Positions 28,150 to 41,687 of a stretch of 64,000 nt of DNA are shown here, one piece after another; within the stretch, counting starts at the first letter, position 1, and each line of letters begins with the position of its first letter. Source of the stretch: Eledone cirrhosa. Its lineage: Eukaryota. The stretch spans positions 45,942,001-46,006,000 of the forward strand of contig OZ024741.1 in the NCBI GenBank assembly GCA_964016885.1, given 5' to 3'. Under the pieces are notes generated by a model. That model ran no database searches. It worked only from the letters and a program-made list of their open reading frames with translations, and was not told the DNA's origin. The position numbers and the translations under genes were made by a program.

Positions 28150-28323
28150 AAGGGGGGAAGTCGATCGAGTCTCGTCAAATCGGACCGAGGAAACAATGTT
28201 TCCATTGGTCTTTCCAATTGCTAATACTATCTGTCGGTCGCAACTCCAGGTAGAAGGAGCAACGTGAAATAAAATGTCTTGCTCAAGGACATAACGAATC
28301 ACCCGGTCCAGGAATCGAACAAA
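28150..28323 (-). mobile_element. tRNA/CORE-like SINE fragment
   Basis: B-box GTTCGATTCC followed by TGTCCTTGAGCAAGACATTT; related to 32229 and 54390. Confidence 0.6.
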
Positions 28324-28622
28324 CAACCTCAGCTACTACGTCACGTTACTAACATAACGTTCTATTATAAAGTCAAAGATGAAATGATATATATTTACAT
28401 TCAATATTTACTGATAGCGACGAGCAGAAAAAACATTTAATCTATTACTGCTAATGATAAACGGTAATTAATATAATTAATATTATTATAAACTGCTTAT
28501 AAGATTTAACATTTGATATTGTTATCAAGTTTTTTTATAAACTGTATAATATTAGACATTGTGTTTGTGTGCAATTTCGTTTTCATTCTCTCTCTTTCTC
28601 TCTCTCTATATATATATGTGTG

Positions 28623-28681
<59 letters not shown>

Positions 28682-28788
28682 AAGAGAATAAATGTATTTA
28701 TATATGCATTATAAATGTAATTGAATAATATTTAATATTACCCACTTAAAAATATATATCCATATATATATATAGAGAGAGGGGGAGA

Positions 28789-28824
<36 letters not shown>

Positions 28825-28847
28825 CAGTTATATTGTATTTATACATA

Positions 28848-29250
28848 TATATCAACTAGACGTAGATTGACACATATATATATAAAATAAACACATGAAA
28901 CAATCTCATGTCTGTATTTTTTATAAAATGCAACGCGTGGTTCGAGTCATACACAGATTTGCATTTGATGTGTAACCGCAGATGGTTGGATCTTCTCCTT
29001 TGGTGACCATCCAGGATTTGACCGCTGTGATTTACTGGTTAATTGGTGAAATATATTTTTTATTTACAGAAATATATACAAAGGAGATTAATCATTTTAA
29101 AAGGTATCTATATTTGAAGTTCTAGTTAAACTTTAATTAGTTAGTTACCTACCTAGCTATGTGTGCTTACACACTTTACAAATTATTCCCTGAGATTGTT
29201 TCATGTGTTTATTTTATATATATATTGGTCAATCTACTTCTAGTTGATAT
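28848..29250. repeat. Inverted repeat with ~60-bp arms (MITE-like or PLE fold-back)
   Basis: 28848-28908 versus the reverse complement of 29192-29250. Confidence 0.7.
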
Positions 29251-29401
29251 AAAATGCTCAGATCTATTCATTGGAATCTTTGAGCTTATTCTGCAGTGAA
29301 TATGACGCCTGTCTCTCAGACATGACAACCTTAATTTAATTTTGTATATATATATTAAAATATAAGTATTAATAAAATAGATATTCTTTTGATCAATTAC
29401 A

Positions 29402-29452
29402 TTTTATTATACATATTTCGGATGTACAACAGTACGTCCTCATCAGACAAAA
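29402..29452 (-). ncRNA. Minimal type I HHR
   Basis: UUUUGU-CUGAUGA-GGACGUAC-UGUU-GUACAUCC-GAAA-UAUGUA-UA-AUAAAA. The mirror at 31694-31744 has G5C (CUCAUGA). Confidence 0.78.
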
Positions 29453-29990
29453 TATAATGATACATGACATACCCTGAGATATTAAATGGTTAAGATTTAA
29501 TCAAGGTAGTGATTACCCGATAGAAAATTTTGCTTATATACTATCTGTGTGAGAGTGCGAAAACGTAATGAATTCATTAGAGAATGTGTGAGTAAGAAAA
29601 AACGTTGCATACTTAAAGTGTTCTAAAATTTTAAATTGTATGATACGATAATATCTAGGGAAACGTCTCGTGAATCATAACAGCCAGTGATAGCCACTGG
29701 AAAAAGATTTATAAGGAGGGAAAGATAAAGTTCGAAAGTTAAACGGTTAGAATTTGGAAATATTTAATTTATAATATTAATGTGAAGACTCCAGATTTCA
29801 GGATTATTTATATAAATTCGATAAGTGTGTTATCATTTCTAAACTTCTGAATTGTGAGAATAACATTTTAAAGGATTTAGCTGAATCATTTGAATCATGT
29901 ATATAGAAGTATGGTAGGTATATTTAAAAATATATAGAAATCAATATATAACTACATATATATTATAAAACATTATATTATAAATAAATA

Positions 29991-30180
29991 GGCGGTGGAT
30001 TGGCAGTATCGGTAGAGGTTCGGACGCCATGCTTTCCAGCATAATTACGTCCCTTTACGATCTGAGTTCAAATCCCGCCGAGGTTGACTTTGCCTTTCGT
30101 CCTTATGAGGTCGATAAAATAAAGTACCAGTAATGCACTGGGTAATTGCTGGCCTTGTGCCTAAAGTAGAAACAATTATA
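29991..30180 (+). mobile_element. Full-length tRNA-derived SINE (MetaSINE-like) with target-site duplication
   Basis: A-box TGGCAGTATCGG, B-box GAGTTCAAATCC, central GCCTTTCGTCCTTATGAGGTCGATAAAATAAAGTACC. ATTATATTATAAATAAATA is duplicated at both flanks, and the SINE is absent from the mirror arm. Confidence 0.88.
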
Positions 30181-31888
30181 TTATAAATAAATAAATAAAT
30201 AAGAGATCGAAAGTACAGCGAAAAAAATTCACATTTATATATAAGTTTGAATCTGTCTCAAATTTAGTTATTATAGTGCAGTAAGTATATTTAAAAGAAT
30301 CATATGCTATATTATACTATAAATAATAGATAAAAAAGTCATTAAACATCTGGAGTTATAGATAAGTTATTAAAACTAAAATTTAGAAGAGATTACAAAT
30401 GTATTAAAAATTCACTGTTAAATAAATTCAATAGATATGTAAGGATTAGGTATTGTACTAAATTATAGATAAATGATGGTGTTGATCAAAGTTAACAAAT
30501 AAAGTTGTGTGTATCAATGTTTAGGCATGCTAATTGAAATATTGTCATTCATTCAAACGTTGTTTTTTCTATAGATATCCATAAAATAAAATAAATTTGA
30601 GACAGATTCAAATTTATATATAAATGTGAATTTTTTTCGCTGTACTTTCGATTTCTTATTTATTTATTTATAATATAATGTTTTATAATATATATGTAGT
30701 TATATATTGTATTCTATATATTTTTTAATATTTTTAAATATACCTACCATACTTCTATATACATGATTCAAATATAGAGAAAATATCCAAAATAAAAATT
30801 ATTATAGACATTATTTTGAACTTTATACATGCACTCATTGTTCGTTTCTCTTATATGTATATATATATATTTAAATCTAACGTTGTTAAAAGTATAACTA
30901 TTAACATTTACCTAAAGTATACTACATTAATAATACCTAATATATATCTATATATATATACATCCCTATATCTAATAATATGTTGATATCTTGATTGAAG
31001 AATAATTATACATATGTATAAATTTTATCTGTAACATATTATTTTATTTTATTTTTACCTTAATATATAACTACTATTTTATTTTTACCATTAGTATATA
31101 ACTACATACATAATAGTTATTCAAATATTTATAACAATAACTACTTCAAAAGATTTAAGTTTAGAGTTAGGTAATTAATCAACAGTATCATTTGTCATTC
31201 TTTACGTGCCAGCTAAATCCTTTAAAATGTTATTCTCACAATTCAGAAGTTTAGAAATGATAACACACTTATCGAATTTATATAAATAATATATAATTAA
31301 ATAGCAAATAATCCTGAAATCTGGAGTCTTCACATTAATATTATAAATTAAATATTTCCAAATTCTAACCGTTTAACTTTCGACCCCCCCCCCCCCCCCA
31401 CACACACACACACACTTTATCTTTCCCTCCTTATAAATCTTTTTCCAGTGGCTATCACTGGCTGTTATGATTCACGAGACGTTTCCCAAGATATTATCGT
31501 ATCATACAATTTAAAATTTTAGAACACTTTAAGTTTGCAACGTTTTTTTCTTACTCACACATCCTCTAATGAATTCATTACGTTTTCGCACTCTCACACA
31601 GATAATATATAAGCAAAATTTTCTATCGGGTAATCACTACCTTGATTAAATCTTAACCATTTAATATCTCAGGGTATGTCATGTATCATTATATTTTGTC
31701 TCATGAGGACGTACTGTTGTACATCCGAAATATGTATAATAAAATGTAATTGATCAAAAGAACATCTATTTTATTAATACTTATATTTTAATATTAATAA
31801 CTCCTGAAAATTATTTACAGTTGAGTGCTTCCAATCTACTGTAAAACTCATTCTTTGACATTATCATCGAATATTGTTTAACAAATTA

Positions 31889-32094
<206 letters not shown>

Positions 32095-32228
32095 AATACA
32101 AGGCCTCCATCTCAATTCTACCTTTGAAAAGCATAAGAACTGTTGTGAAAGCGGTAAAGGAATTAAATAAATATTCTTAAAAAGACTCCTGTTGCATTTT
32201 TGATTTCTTTTCCTAATACTTTCACCCG

Positions 32229-32350
32229 TGGAGGACCTTGGCCTAGTGGTAAGCGTGTTGAACTTACGATCATATTGTCATGGGTTCGATTCCTGGGTTG
32301 CGTGTTGTGTTCTTGTGCAAAACACTTCATATTTAAACTTTTCAGATACT
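32229..32350 (+). mobile_element. tRNA/CORE-like SINE
   Basis: A-box TGGCCTAGTGG, B-box GGTTCGATTCC, then TGTTGTGTTCTTGTGCAAAACACTT. Confidence 0.65.
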
Positions 32351-32396
32351 TTCACCTGTGTAAGACATCTCGTTTTTGTATTTATATAAACAACAC

Positions 32397-32427
<31 letters not shown>

Positions 32428-33628
32428 CAAATATGTACATATATATATAAAACTTGAAATCGAGTTGCAACCACCATATATATATATATACAAATATAGA
32501 GTGATATTAAACAATTATACATTTATACATTTAGTAGATAAACGTAACATACTCATATTACAATATTAACTATGCATATACAGTGCAGTTTTGAACAAAG
32601 AAAAGCTTAACCAATTAACATAATAATAAATTGAAAATTAGCAATATTAGGACGATGGCTTTGTTCAGCAGGGCTTTTTATACTAAATATTGTCTGTCCA
32701 GAGAGAATTCGAAGTGAAAAATGAATTCCACATACGATGTTATGCTAACTGCATAATTATAACATAATCGATGTGTTGGTCGCTAACAAGACGTTAGAAC
32801 AGTGACTATTTACTGGATGATATAAACCTGGAGTGTGTGTGCCTGGTCTACACTGGGAATTACTTTTCAAAAGAACCGAAATAGGGAAAGGAAAAGATAA
32901 TGTGCTATGCATGCACCTTTGATGAGTTGCAGTGCAGCTGAGCACTATACACAATAATTTCATTATTGTTATTATTATTATGACTATAAAATAATTAGAA
33001 AAACGCTACAAATATTTAGAAACAGAAAGGAACGGAAAGTCAAGAGCTCTAGGATCCCAGAAGAATGGAAGGGGGAAGGAGGAGGGTGATGAGCTCTGAG
33101 CCTAGGGCGCGATGGTGTTGGGGATGCGCCCTGTGGACATAACCGTAAAGGCATTTCAGTGACCTAGTGGAAAGTATTAGAGACGGTAAAGATCTTCGTC
33201 TGGGGTTCAATCTCAATCAGGATCTACATTAAGGGGATCTTACTAATTGGTTTTCGACAAATACATCAATTCTTGCAATTTCTATTGCTTTATGTTATAT
33301 TTTTATTATATCATAATGGTGGCAGCAAGTGGATAGCAAACAGGTTAAGGAAGAAAGCTAAAGATATCTCACCAAATACACCAACTGGATAATTAAAAAT
33401 ACGGAAGTATAATATAACAGAGATTTAAATCGGAAAACAATATTACGGTCTTGTTTTACAATTACAGCTCAAAGAAATTAGATGATAAAAGCCATTAATC
33501 GGAGCATACTATGTATATATATATATATACATAAATATATGTATTATTTTTTTTATAAAATAACAGGAGGCTGGACTGGTATACTTCCTTGAAAGGTTTA
33601 TTATACTAAATAAATAAATATATACTAA

Positions 33629-33693
<65 letters not shown>

Positions 33694-33703
33694 AACAAGT
33701 AAG

Positions 33704-33797
33704 ACCCCGACGGCTGAGCTCAAGCCGTTTCGACGGCTAATTCTGTACTGAATGAAAATTTATTCTGGTACTTAAATAGCCGAACTTATCAAGGGGT
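33704..33797 (-). ncRNA. Mirror copy of the PLE-2 U3:A8 HHR
   Basis: Reverse complement of 36745-36838. Confidence 0.82.
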
Positions 33798-34174
33798 AAT
33801 TCCATATATGGTCAAAGAGATAATCACCAGGATTGGTCACATCACAAGTTAGTAGTAAATCTGTGATGGCAAGTTGGTGGGGGAAGGGGTAGCTAAACCT
33901 GCCGGTAGGAGAAAACTGGAGAGGGGGTGGAGTAGACCCATTCATGCGTTGGTAGTGCCAGCTACAGCTGGGTGTGAGGTCAAAGAGGATACTGGGGAGG
34001 GGGAGGGGGAGGAGGTCGAAACGGTAAGTAGAACAATGAAAGGTAAAACTATAAAAGGTACTGAGAGAGAAAAAAAAAAGCAAAATCTGGTTACTGAGAC
34101 TTAAGTCTCTCGCTATTGCTAGGCTAAAGAAATACATAAATAAATAAATAAACAAATAAGTGAATAAAAGAATA

Positions 34175-35562
34175 GAGAGCTACTATGCTTCAATCACCTT
34201 ACCGCTACTTACTGCCGCCTTGGACTTCGCCGAAGCACTTGTGCCCATCACCGACCAGGAAAGAAAAATCATCCTCCACGCCAGGAAGACAGTCTTACTC
34301 TTTGACAACTCCAAATGGATAAAAAGAGCTCCTGACTCACCCTTCGACGTCAGCATGGGCGCCACTGATTCGGCGGAGGTCACAGATCTTATAGGATTAC
34401 TCCTTATAGCCAAACTCACCGATTTGTTTCCTGCTTTCGGTGGTGGATTGTACCGTGATGATGGGCTCCTTACCCTTAGAGGGTACAACCGCAGTAGTAC
34501 AGATCGGGTCCGTAAACAATTAATTAGCTTCTTCCGCGACTGGGGATTTAAAATAACCCTACAAACGTCCCTGACCCGAGTTAATTTACTGGACGTTACC
34601 CTCGATCTCAATAATGATCTGTACTACCCATACAGGAAACCCAATGACAACCTGCACTACATCCACCGCCGATCTAACCATCCTAGGAACATCACCAACA
34701 ACCTGGTCAAAAACATCTCCCTCCGTATATCCCGTTTGTCAGCTAATGAGAAGATATTCGATGAACATGCGCCTTACTACAACCAGGCCCTCAAGCGGAG
34801 TGGTTTCCGGGAGGAAATATCCTACTGTCCAGCTCCCATTAGCGGAACCAGCAGGCGACACCGCCGCTCACGCAATGTAACATGGTTCAATCCTCCCCAC
34901 AACGCTGAGGTGACAACTCCCATCGGGAAAATTTTCTTTAGGCTCATTGAAAAACACTTCCCACCACAACACCGCTACCACAACATAATTAACAAAAATA
35001 CCATCAAACTCTCTTAAGCACTACACCTAACTTCGCACAAAACATCGTCTCCTCCAACAACAAAAAACTCAACCCCGATGGAAGAAACAACCTAAATAGC
35101 AGTGGAGAGCCGACCAGGAGGCGCAACTGTCCGGATAGATCCAGTTGCCCCCTCGACAACAGATGCAGAGACCGTAATGTGATCTACCAGTGCAACGTGA
35201 GCACGGACACCTCCAACAAAGCTTATATAGGATTAACCGCATGCGACTTCAAGACCCGGCTATACCAACACAGACATACCTTCCGAAACCCGGCCCGGCG
35301 TCACGCCACTACACTTTCGGTCCACATATGGGACCTCAAGGACAACAACATCAACTATGATCTCACTTGGAAATTATTGTCCAGAGCCAACTCTTACACG
35401 GGAGGACGCCGTCCGTGCAATTTATGCTCGGAGGAAACATTACAAATGTTGTTTTCGACTGACCAACTCCTAAACAAGAAAGATGAACTGGTTACTGCAT
35501 GTAAACACCGATTACGTAGAACATACCTCGCCCTCAAACCCCATAATGACCCGGGGGGGTAG
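34175..35562 (+). pseudogene. PLE-2 RT (5'-truncated) + Zn finger + GIY-YIG; 1-nt frameshift near 35017
   Basis: Motifs FDVSMGATDSAEVTDLIG, GGLYRDDGL, SNHP, WFNPP, NCPDRSSCPLDNRC, VIYQC..AYIGLT..FKTR, CNLC, LLNK. Confidence 0.9.
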
Positions 35563-36744
35563 ACTAGGGCTATAACACCCCACTTGCCTATTTTATAATG
35601 GGCAACCCCTGCTTGCCTATGGAGACGTAAGATCTTCTTTTACATTCTTTTATCGCTTCCTCTATATTTCCTCCTTCCCCCCATCCCTCCCTAGTCCTTC
35701 TACCCCAGTTCCCTTTCTTTGTCGTCGTCTTTTTCTCGCCCACCCGAGGTAGCCCATCGGTCCCTTGTAGCTTCAGCACCCCCATCCCCTCCCCTATTCT
35801 ATGATAGATTTGACTGACTCCGCTTTTCATAGCAGAGGTGTTAGACTTCGGATACTCGCCCCCTTCTCCGACCGCTGTTCCTTTTTTCCGTGCCTTCTAT
35901 ATTTCTTAATGGCATCTTTGCTTTAATTTCTCGTTTATCCAGTATCTCTTTTTTCTTTTTCCCTTTTTTTGTTGGGGGGGGGGGGGGTATTCCTGTATTA
36001 ATTTTCCGTTCTTTACTTTTACTTCGTACGATCTTTCATGTAGCTTGTATAAGACTTTTTGTTTCGTGGCGGTACCCTTAGAGTTAGCACTAGTATTTTT
36101 TTGCGGGACCCTGAATTATATTCTCGTACTAGTTTACTTTCTTGCACTGGGTGGTTGCTGGCCCTGTGTTTGGGGTAGAAACCTTTATTATTTTCGTGGT
36201 AGTCACTTTAGTATTGTGCCCCCCCCCCTTTGTTGACCCGTCACCGTACGATACACGCACTTATACCTCGTATAAGGGTCCCTTTATTTCCGTCCCACCT
36301 AGTTTATTTTTATTATTATTTATTTTTTTTACTCTACATTATATATATATATTTTCTTTTTTAAATTTATTTATCTATTCTTTTATTCACTTATTTGTTT
36401 ATTTATTTATGTATTTCTTTAGCCTAGCAATAGCGAGAGACTTAAGTCTTAGTAACCAGATTTTGCTTTTTTTTTGCTCTCTCAGTACCTTTTATAGTTT
36501 TACCTTTCATTGTTCTACTTACCGTTTCGACCTCCTCCCCCCCTCCCCAGTATCCTCTTTGACCTCACACCCAGCTGTAGCTGGCACTACCAACGCATGA
36601 ATGGGTCTACTCCACCCCCTCTCCCTTTTTCTCCTACCGGCAGGTTTAGCTACCCCTTCCCCCACCAACTTGCCATCACAGATTTACTACTAACTTGTGA
36701 TGTGACCAATCCTGGTGATTATCTCTTTGACCATATATGAAATT

Positions 36745-36838
36745 ACCCCTTGATAAGTTCGGCTATTTAAATACCAGAATAAATTTTCATTCAGTACAGA
36801 ATTAGCCGTCGAAACGGCTTGAGCTCAGCCGTCGGGGT
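36745..36838 (+). ncRNA. Type I HHR with U3:A8 core and a stable stem III (PLE-2)
   Basis: ACCCC-UUGAUAA-GUUCGGCUA...UAGCCGUC-GAAA-CGGCU-UGAGCUC-AGCCG-UC-GGGGU; predicted cut after 36833. Confidence 0.82.
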
Positions 36839-37017
36839 CTTACTTGTTCCTATTACCTACTCTACTACCCTAAGTATTGAGTACTTTGGTGCGTTTTTGT
36901 CCACCTGGTTCCTTACCACATTTCCTCCGTTATATATATATATAGAGAGAGAGAGAGAGGGAAAAAAGATGAAATCGAAAATGCAACTGGAGTCTTTTTA
37001 AGAATATCTATGTGTTT

Positions 37018-37054
37018 CCTTTACCGGTTTCACAGTTCTTATGCTTTTCAAAAG
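37018..37054 (-). ncRNA. Family Z minimal U3:A8 HHR, diverged copy
   Basis: CUU-UUGAAAA-GCAU-AAGAA-CUGU-GAAA-CCGG-UA-AAGG. Confidence 0.6.
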
Positions 37055-38034
37055 TTGAATTGAGATGGGGGATCTGTGGTTTTTCTCGCATCTGGTTGGT
37101 GTTCGAATGTTACTTTTGTTTTATGTGGAAAAAAAGTGGCTCGAAATGCTAGGTTTTATAGAAAAGTAATTTGGTTGGTTGATGACTGTCACGTGAATAA
37201 CTAAAATAAATTTCACGCCAGTTCGCGTTACAAAGTTCTTGTATTTGCCTTTAAAAAAGGGGGGCTGAGATTGTTTTTTCATATATGAGTGAAATTTGGT
37301 TGGTGGATACAGTTACGTTAATAAGCACATCAACTTTTGCGTCAGTTTGAGTTTGAGGGTTCTTTATTGTCATTTTCACTTAAAAAAGTGGCTCAAAAAT
37401 GTTCTTTTTTTTATAAATGTAATTTGATTGGTTATGACTGTCACGTGAATAAGTCCATTAAATTTCGCACCAGTTTGTATTTGTCGGTTCTTTGTAGCCG
37501 TTTTCACAGTTACATGATTTGTCATAGAGAGTTTTGTGCAAAAGATAATGGTCAAGAAAAAAGGGATGGGGAGATTTGTTCTGGTTCAGTGAGTATTCTG
37601 ATGTGCTGAGGTGTCAAACTTCAGACTTTCTATTGAAATAAAGAAAATAGAGATATATACTTTTATTTGTGTGTGGATTGTGTGTGTGTGTAGGAAAATG
37701 ATTCCATTAGTAGAAATTGAAAAGGGAGTTATGTGTGTGTGTATGGGTGTTATATGTGTGTGTGTATGTGTGTGGGAGTATGGTTATCGTGTTAAGGTGG
37801 TGGGGACAGAGTAGAGAATATAAATTTTTGTGTGTGTATGTAGGAAAATGATTCCATTAGTAGAAATGGGGAGGGAGTTATGTGTGTGTGTATGGATGTT
37901 ATATGTGTGTGTGTATGTGTGGGGCGAGGTATGGTTAGCATGTTAATGTGTTAGAGTATTAATATATGTTAAGGTCTATCTAGCTCTGATTTTTATTTTC
38001 GAATATAGAAGAGGGTGTTATGTGTATGTATGTG

Positions 38035-38073
<39 letters not shown>

Positions 38074-38243
38074 GTTATTCCAGGTTGAATCGGAGGTAAC
38101 CACAGTAAGTAAGGTACTCAATACATTGCAGAATATAAAAGTTTAATATAGATGAGATTCTACAGGACTAGAACTGTTTCATTCTTTAGAAATCATCTGA
38201 TGATTTCTAAAGAATGAAACAGTTCTAGTCCTGTAGAATCTCA

Positions 38244-38251
<8 letters not shown>
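38074..38251. mobile_element. Family Y head-to-head palindrome centred on an HHR core
   Basis: Palindrome 38145-38251; + strand CUGAUGA-UUUC-UAAA-GAAU-GAAA-CAG-UU at 38197-38224. Confidence 0.8.
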
Positions 38252-38316
<65 letters not shown>

Positions 38317-39291
38317 ACATGCCCCAACTCATTTTGGGTGTCTCGAATACCTGGTACGGTGAAAGGAACCGAAATTGACAGTGGAATTGTGAAAGCAGGA
38401 AACAAGAAAATAGATACAAACCTGCCCAGATAAAAACCTGGCAGTTCAAAGAGAAGTTTCATTAAAATCACCAAAACAACAAAGACCACAGACATCAACA
38501 ACACTGCAAACCCCAGAGCAAAATTCCCTACACAACTATAACAAGAACAGCGCTGAAAGATGAACAAAGAAAAAATACCATTAACTACTCGACCATAGAT
38601 ACAATCAAACGACTGTGAAGAATAGTTTCACCCGAAATAACACAACTTGTTCTCTTATTCTAAAAACCTTTCAGGATTTTTCCCGCTACTGACGTGCATG
38701 GTGTCGTTATCCTAGTAATGTACGCGTACCCAAGTTACATTGTTTTTTCATGAATAAAAAATTTCATTTCTTAGTAGAGATGTATAAACATACAGAAAAA
38801 GAGAGCAGTACTGGAAAAAACTATAAATGCCACAAATAAGAGTGAACAGAAGAAAGAGCAAGGACTACTAGACAAAGGAAGAAAGTAAGGGGGAAGATGT
38901 GGGGGTGAGAGACTCTACACCTATGTCAGTGGTGCTGCGGTTGCGCTCCACGAACAACGGCCAACGACACACGATGCTACAGTCACCCCACCTCACGGGG
39001 CTCCTTCCTCAGACGGTCTGCTATCGATCCCATTTTACGGCGGATGTCAGCTGTCCAGGTTCCAGGACGCCTGGGGTTTTGACGGCGACCGGTACAAAGA
39101 GGAAGCGGTCGGACATACTCTGGTATTTGCTTGAATATTTAATGTGCGCTTGGAAACTTCAAAAATCGAAATGTATGTTGAGATTAAAAACGTAAAAAAA
39201 TAGTATAGTATGTGTGCGCGCGCGCGCGCGCGTGTGTGTGTGTGTCGGTTTATTAACCTTTAAGTCTGAATACTGCCACCCTACACCTACC

Positions 39292-39600
39292 TTAATATGT
39301 CGTCTGCCTCAGGGTCTCAGTTGACAGGATGGAAAAGACACTGCCGCGGGAGATAGTGAGGGATATGCGCTGGAACAGCCATTCCACCGCACGGGGTTTA
39401 CACCTGTGGACAGCCAACTCCGCTCCGATAGCAGTGAGCAAGGATCCGGTCAAAGAGTCAAGAACGCCGAAAGTTTCCACTGCTACAAGCTCAACCACAG
39501 AGAGCGGCTGATACTTTGGCAGTTTGCCCTCATCGGCCTGGCCGGCAACTAAGCGTAGGTTGGCGGCCGAATTAACAAGGAGTGAAGGAACTGCATACAT
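39292..39600 (-). pseudogene. Decayed RLE C-terminus of a CRE-like non-LTR retrotransposon
   Basis: KY..VAVETFG....LFQRISLTISRG..IL motif. Confidence 0.7.
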
Positions 39601-39684
39601 CAACACAATCATAACATAACTACTACATCACACAAACAAAGATCGTAAAAAATAACTCAAGATACATACAACACCTTAAGAAAA

Positions 39685-40010
39685 CATGAATGGTGAAAGA
39701 GAGTGAAGGGCAAGGTCAGAGTGAACAGGCCTGCTCTGAGTATGTACCTGTAGAGTGGAGAAGGACAATTAGATGGCATTTGCTTTGTTGTCATGGTGAC
39801 TGGAGTTGTTTAGGGTTTTTTCCATAAGTTGCCCGCGGAAGTCTCCTATTAGGGAATTTTCTTTATTTTGAGATATATCTTTTATCACAATTGCTTTTTA
39901 TTTTGATATTTCTCCTCATTTTTACAAGTTTTCATGGAAAACTACAATGTATTTTTTTCACCGTCGTCGATCGTTTTGTAAACTCTTGTGGTTAATAGAG
40001 GAATCATTTT
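39685..40010 (+). mobile_element. Old 3' fragment of a Tx1 related to 3631-9521
   Basis: CTCTGAGTATGT, GGAAGTCTCC..TATT.GGGAATTTTCTTT and CTTGTGG.TAATA match the ORF2 end and 3' UTR of the Tx1. Confidence 0.7.
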
Positions 40011-40051
40011 TTTCTGACTTTATTACCATTACTAGTATAATAGACTATTGG

Positions 40052-40052
40052 C

Positions 40053-40105
<53 letters not shown>

Positions 40106-40143
40106 CAGTAGTAGTAGTAGTAGTGGTGGTGGTGGTGGTGGTT

Positions 40144-40188
<45 letters not shown>
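40052..40188. repeat. (TAG)n/(TGG)n microsatellite
   Basis: Direct reading. Confidence 0.95.
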
Positions 40189-40659
40189 AGCTTCGTCTTA
40201 TAAGTCATCATGTCATGAACATTCTAGCGTAAAAACTCATAAACTACTCCTATTATGTCGAAAATATGGTCTTTTTACTTTTTTACTTTTTTTTCATTTT
40301 TGTTCACACATAATATTTCTTACTTTTATGTGTCTATATAACTGTTTTATTTATGGTTCCTTTCTGCTCATTGTCGAAAATAGATTTCCTTTGGCAACGT
40401 AACCAGATCATTAACTATAACTATATATATTGGCGCGTTTATGCGTATGAGTCTCACCACTCTCTTTCTCTCACTCTATCTCACTCTCTCTCTCTCTATC
40501 CCTCTCTCTCTCTATATATATATATATATGTATACCTATAAAGAGCGCTCACGGGGTATATATATATATATATATACATATATATGTGTGTGTGTGCGTG
40601 TGTGTATGTATATATGTGTATATAAATATATGTGTGTGTGTGCATATGGATGTATATAG

Positions 40660-40755
<96 letters not shown>

Positions 40756-41090
40756 TACGCATACACACACACACACACACACGTCTATCTGTCACTCTTT
40801 CGGATTCACCCATACCCAATCTGCACCCGTCATCTCTCCTTCTGTTTAACTACCGCAGAGCTGTCTCCCAATTATTACCCATGATATTTCATAGACTGAC
40901 CTAGAGGTCATACAGATCTACATTGTTTCAGGCATTCTCCATTCTTGTCTCCTTATTCAGACATCATTTTCACAAAACACAGCTTTCAGATAATACAATG
41001 TTGTTTGAAGTTTATTATCCTGCTATTCTATTATTCAGTCTCGTCTGTTATAGTTGGCTGTGTGTGTAACGTATTTATGTATATATATGT

Positions 41091-41145
<55 letters not shown>

Positions 41146-41148
41146 CAC

Positions 41149-41193
<45 letters not shown>

Positions 41194-41204
41194 TAAATAT
41201 ACAT

Positions 41205-41274
<70 letters not shown>

Positions 41275-41306
41275 ATATATATATATATGTGTTTATATAT
41301 ATATAT

Positions 41307-41337
<31 letters not shown>

Positions 41338-41342
41338 CACAG

Positions 41343-41373
<31 letters not shown>

Positions 41374-41384
41374 TAAATATACAT

Positions 41385-41433
<49 letters not shown>

Positions 41434-41687
41434 TATATATAGATATAGATATATATACATACATACTCAAATAACTACCCTTTATTTGTGCGACCGAGTT
41501 TCCTTCTAACTGTTAAAATCTCAGATAATCCACTGGAGCAAGTAAAGGATGGCAGTGATTGTGTCTGTGTCTACTCATGACTGCAGCGCCACCTAAAACA
41601 ATTATAGAAAACATGGTAGAAATACCAAGTCATATTCGATTGCAAGTAACGGCTGTAATTGTTTTTTATTATTTATAGATAGTCAAG

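Larger units (their letters stand above)
29352..31795. mobile_element. Non-coding PLE-derived head-to-head inverted repeat with terminal HHRs
   Basis: 29352-30262 mirrors 30594-31795, apart from the SINE in the left arm and extra sequence at about 30772-31210 in the right arm. No ORF. Confidence 0.8.
33691..36932. mobile_element. PLE-2: Naiad-type Penelope-like element with inverted 5' arm
   Basis: 33691-34176 is the reverse complement of about 36375-36851; coding body 34175-35562 on +; (TA)n at both ends. Confidence 0.9.

Noticed and set aside
29991-30080. tRNA genes at the A/B-box sites
   Set aside because: No cloverleaf; they continue into SINE body and tail and are multicopy.
32540-32760. 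Possible decayed Penelope RT (Y*DDGF)
   Set aside because: A single short motif in AT-rich sequence with no supporting neighbours.
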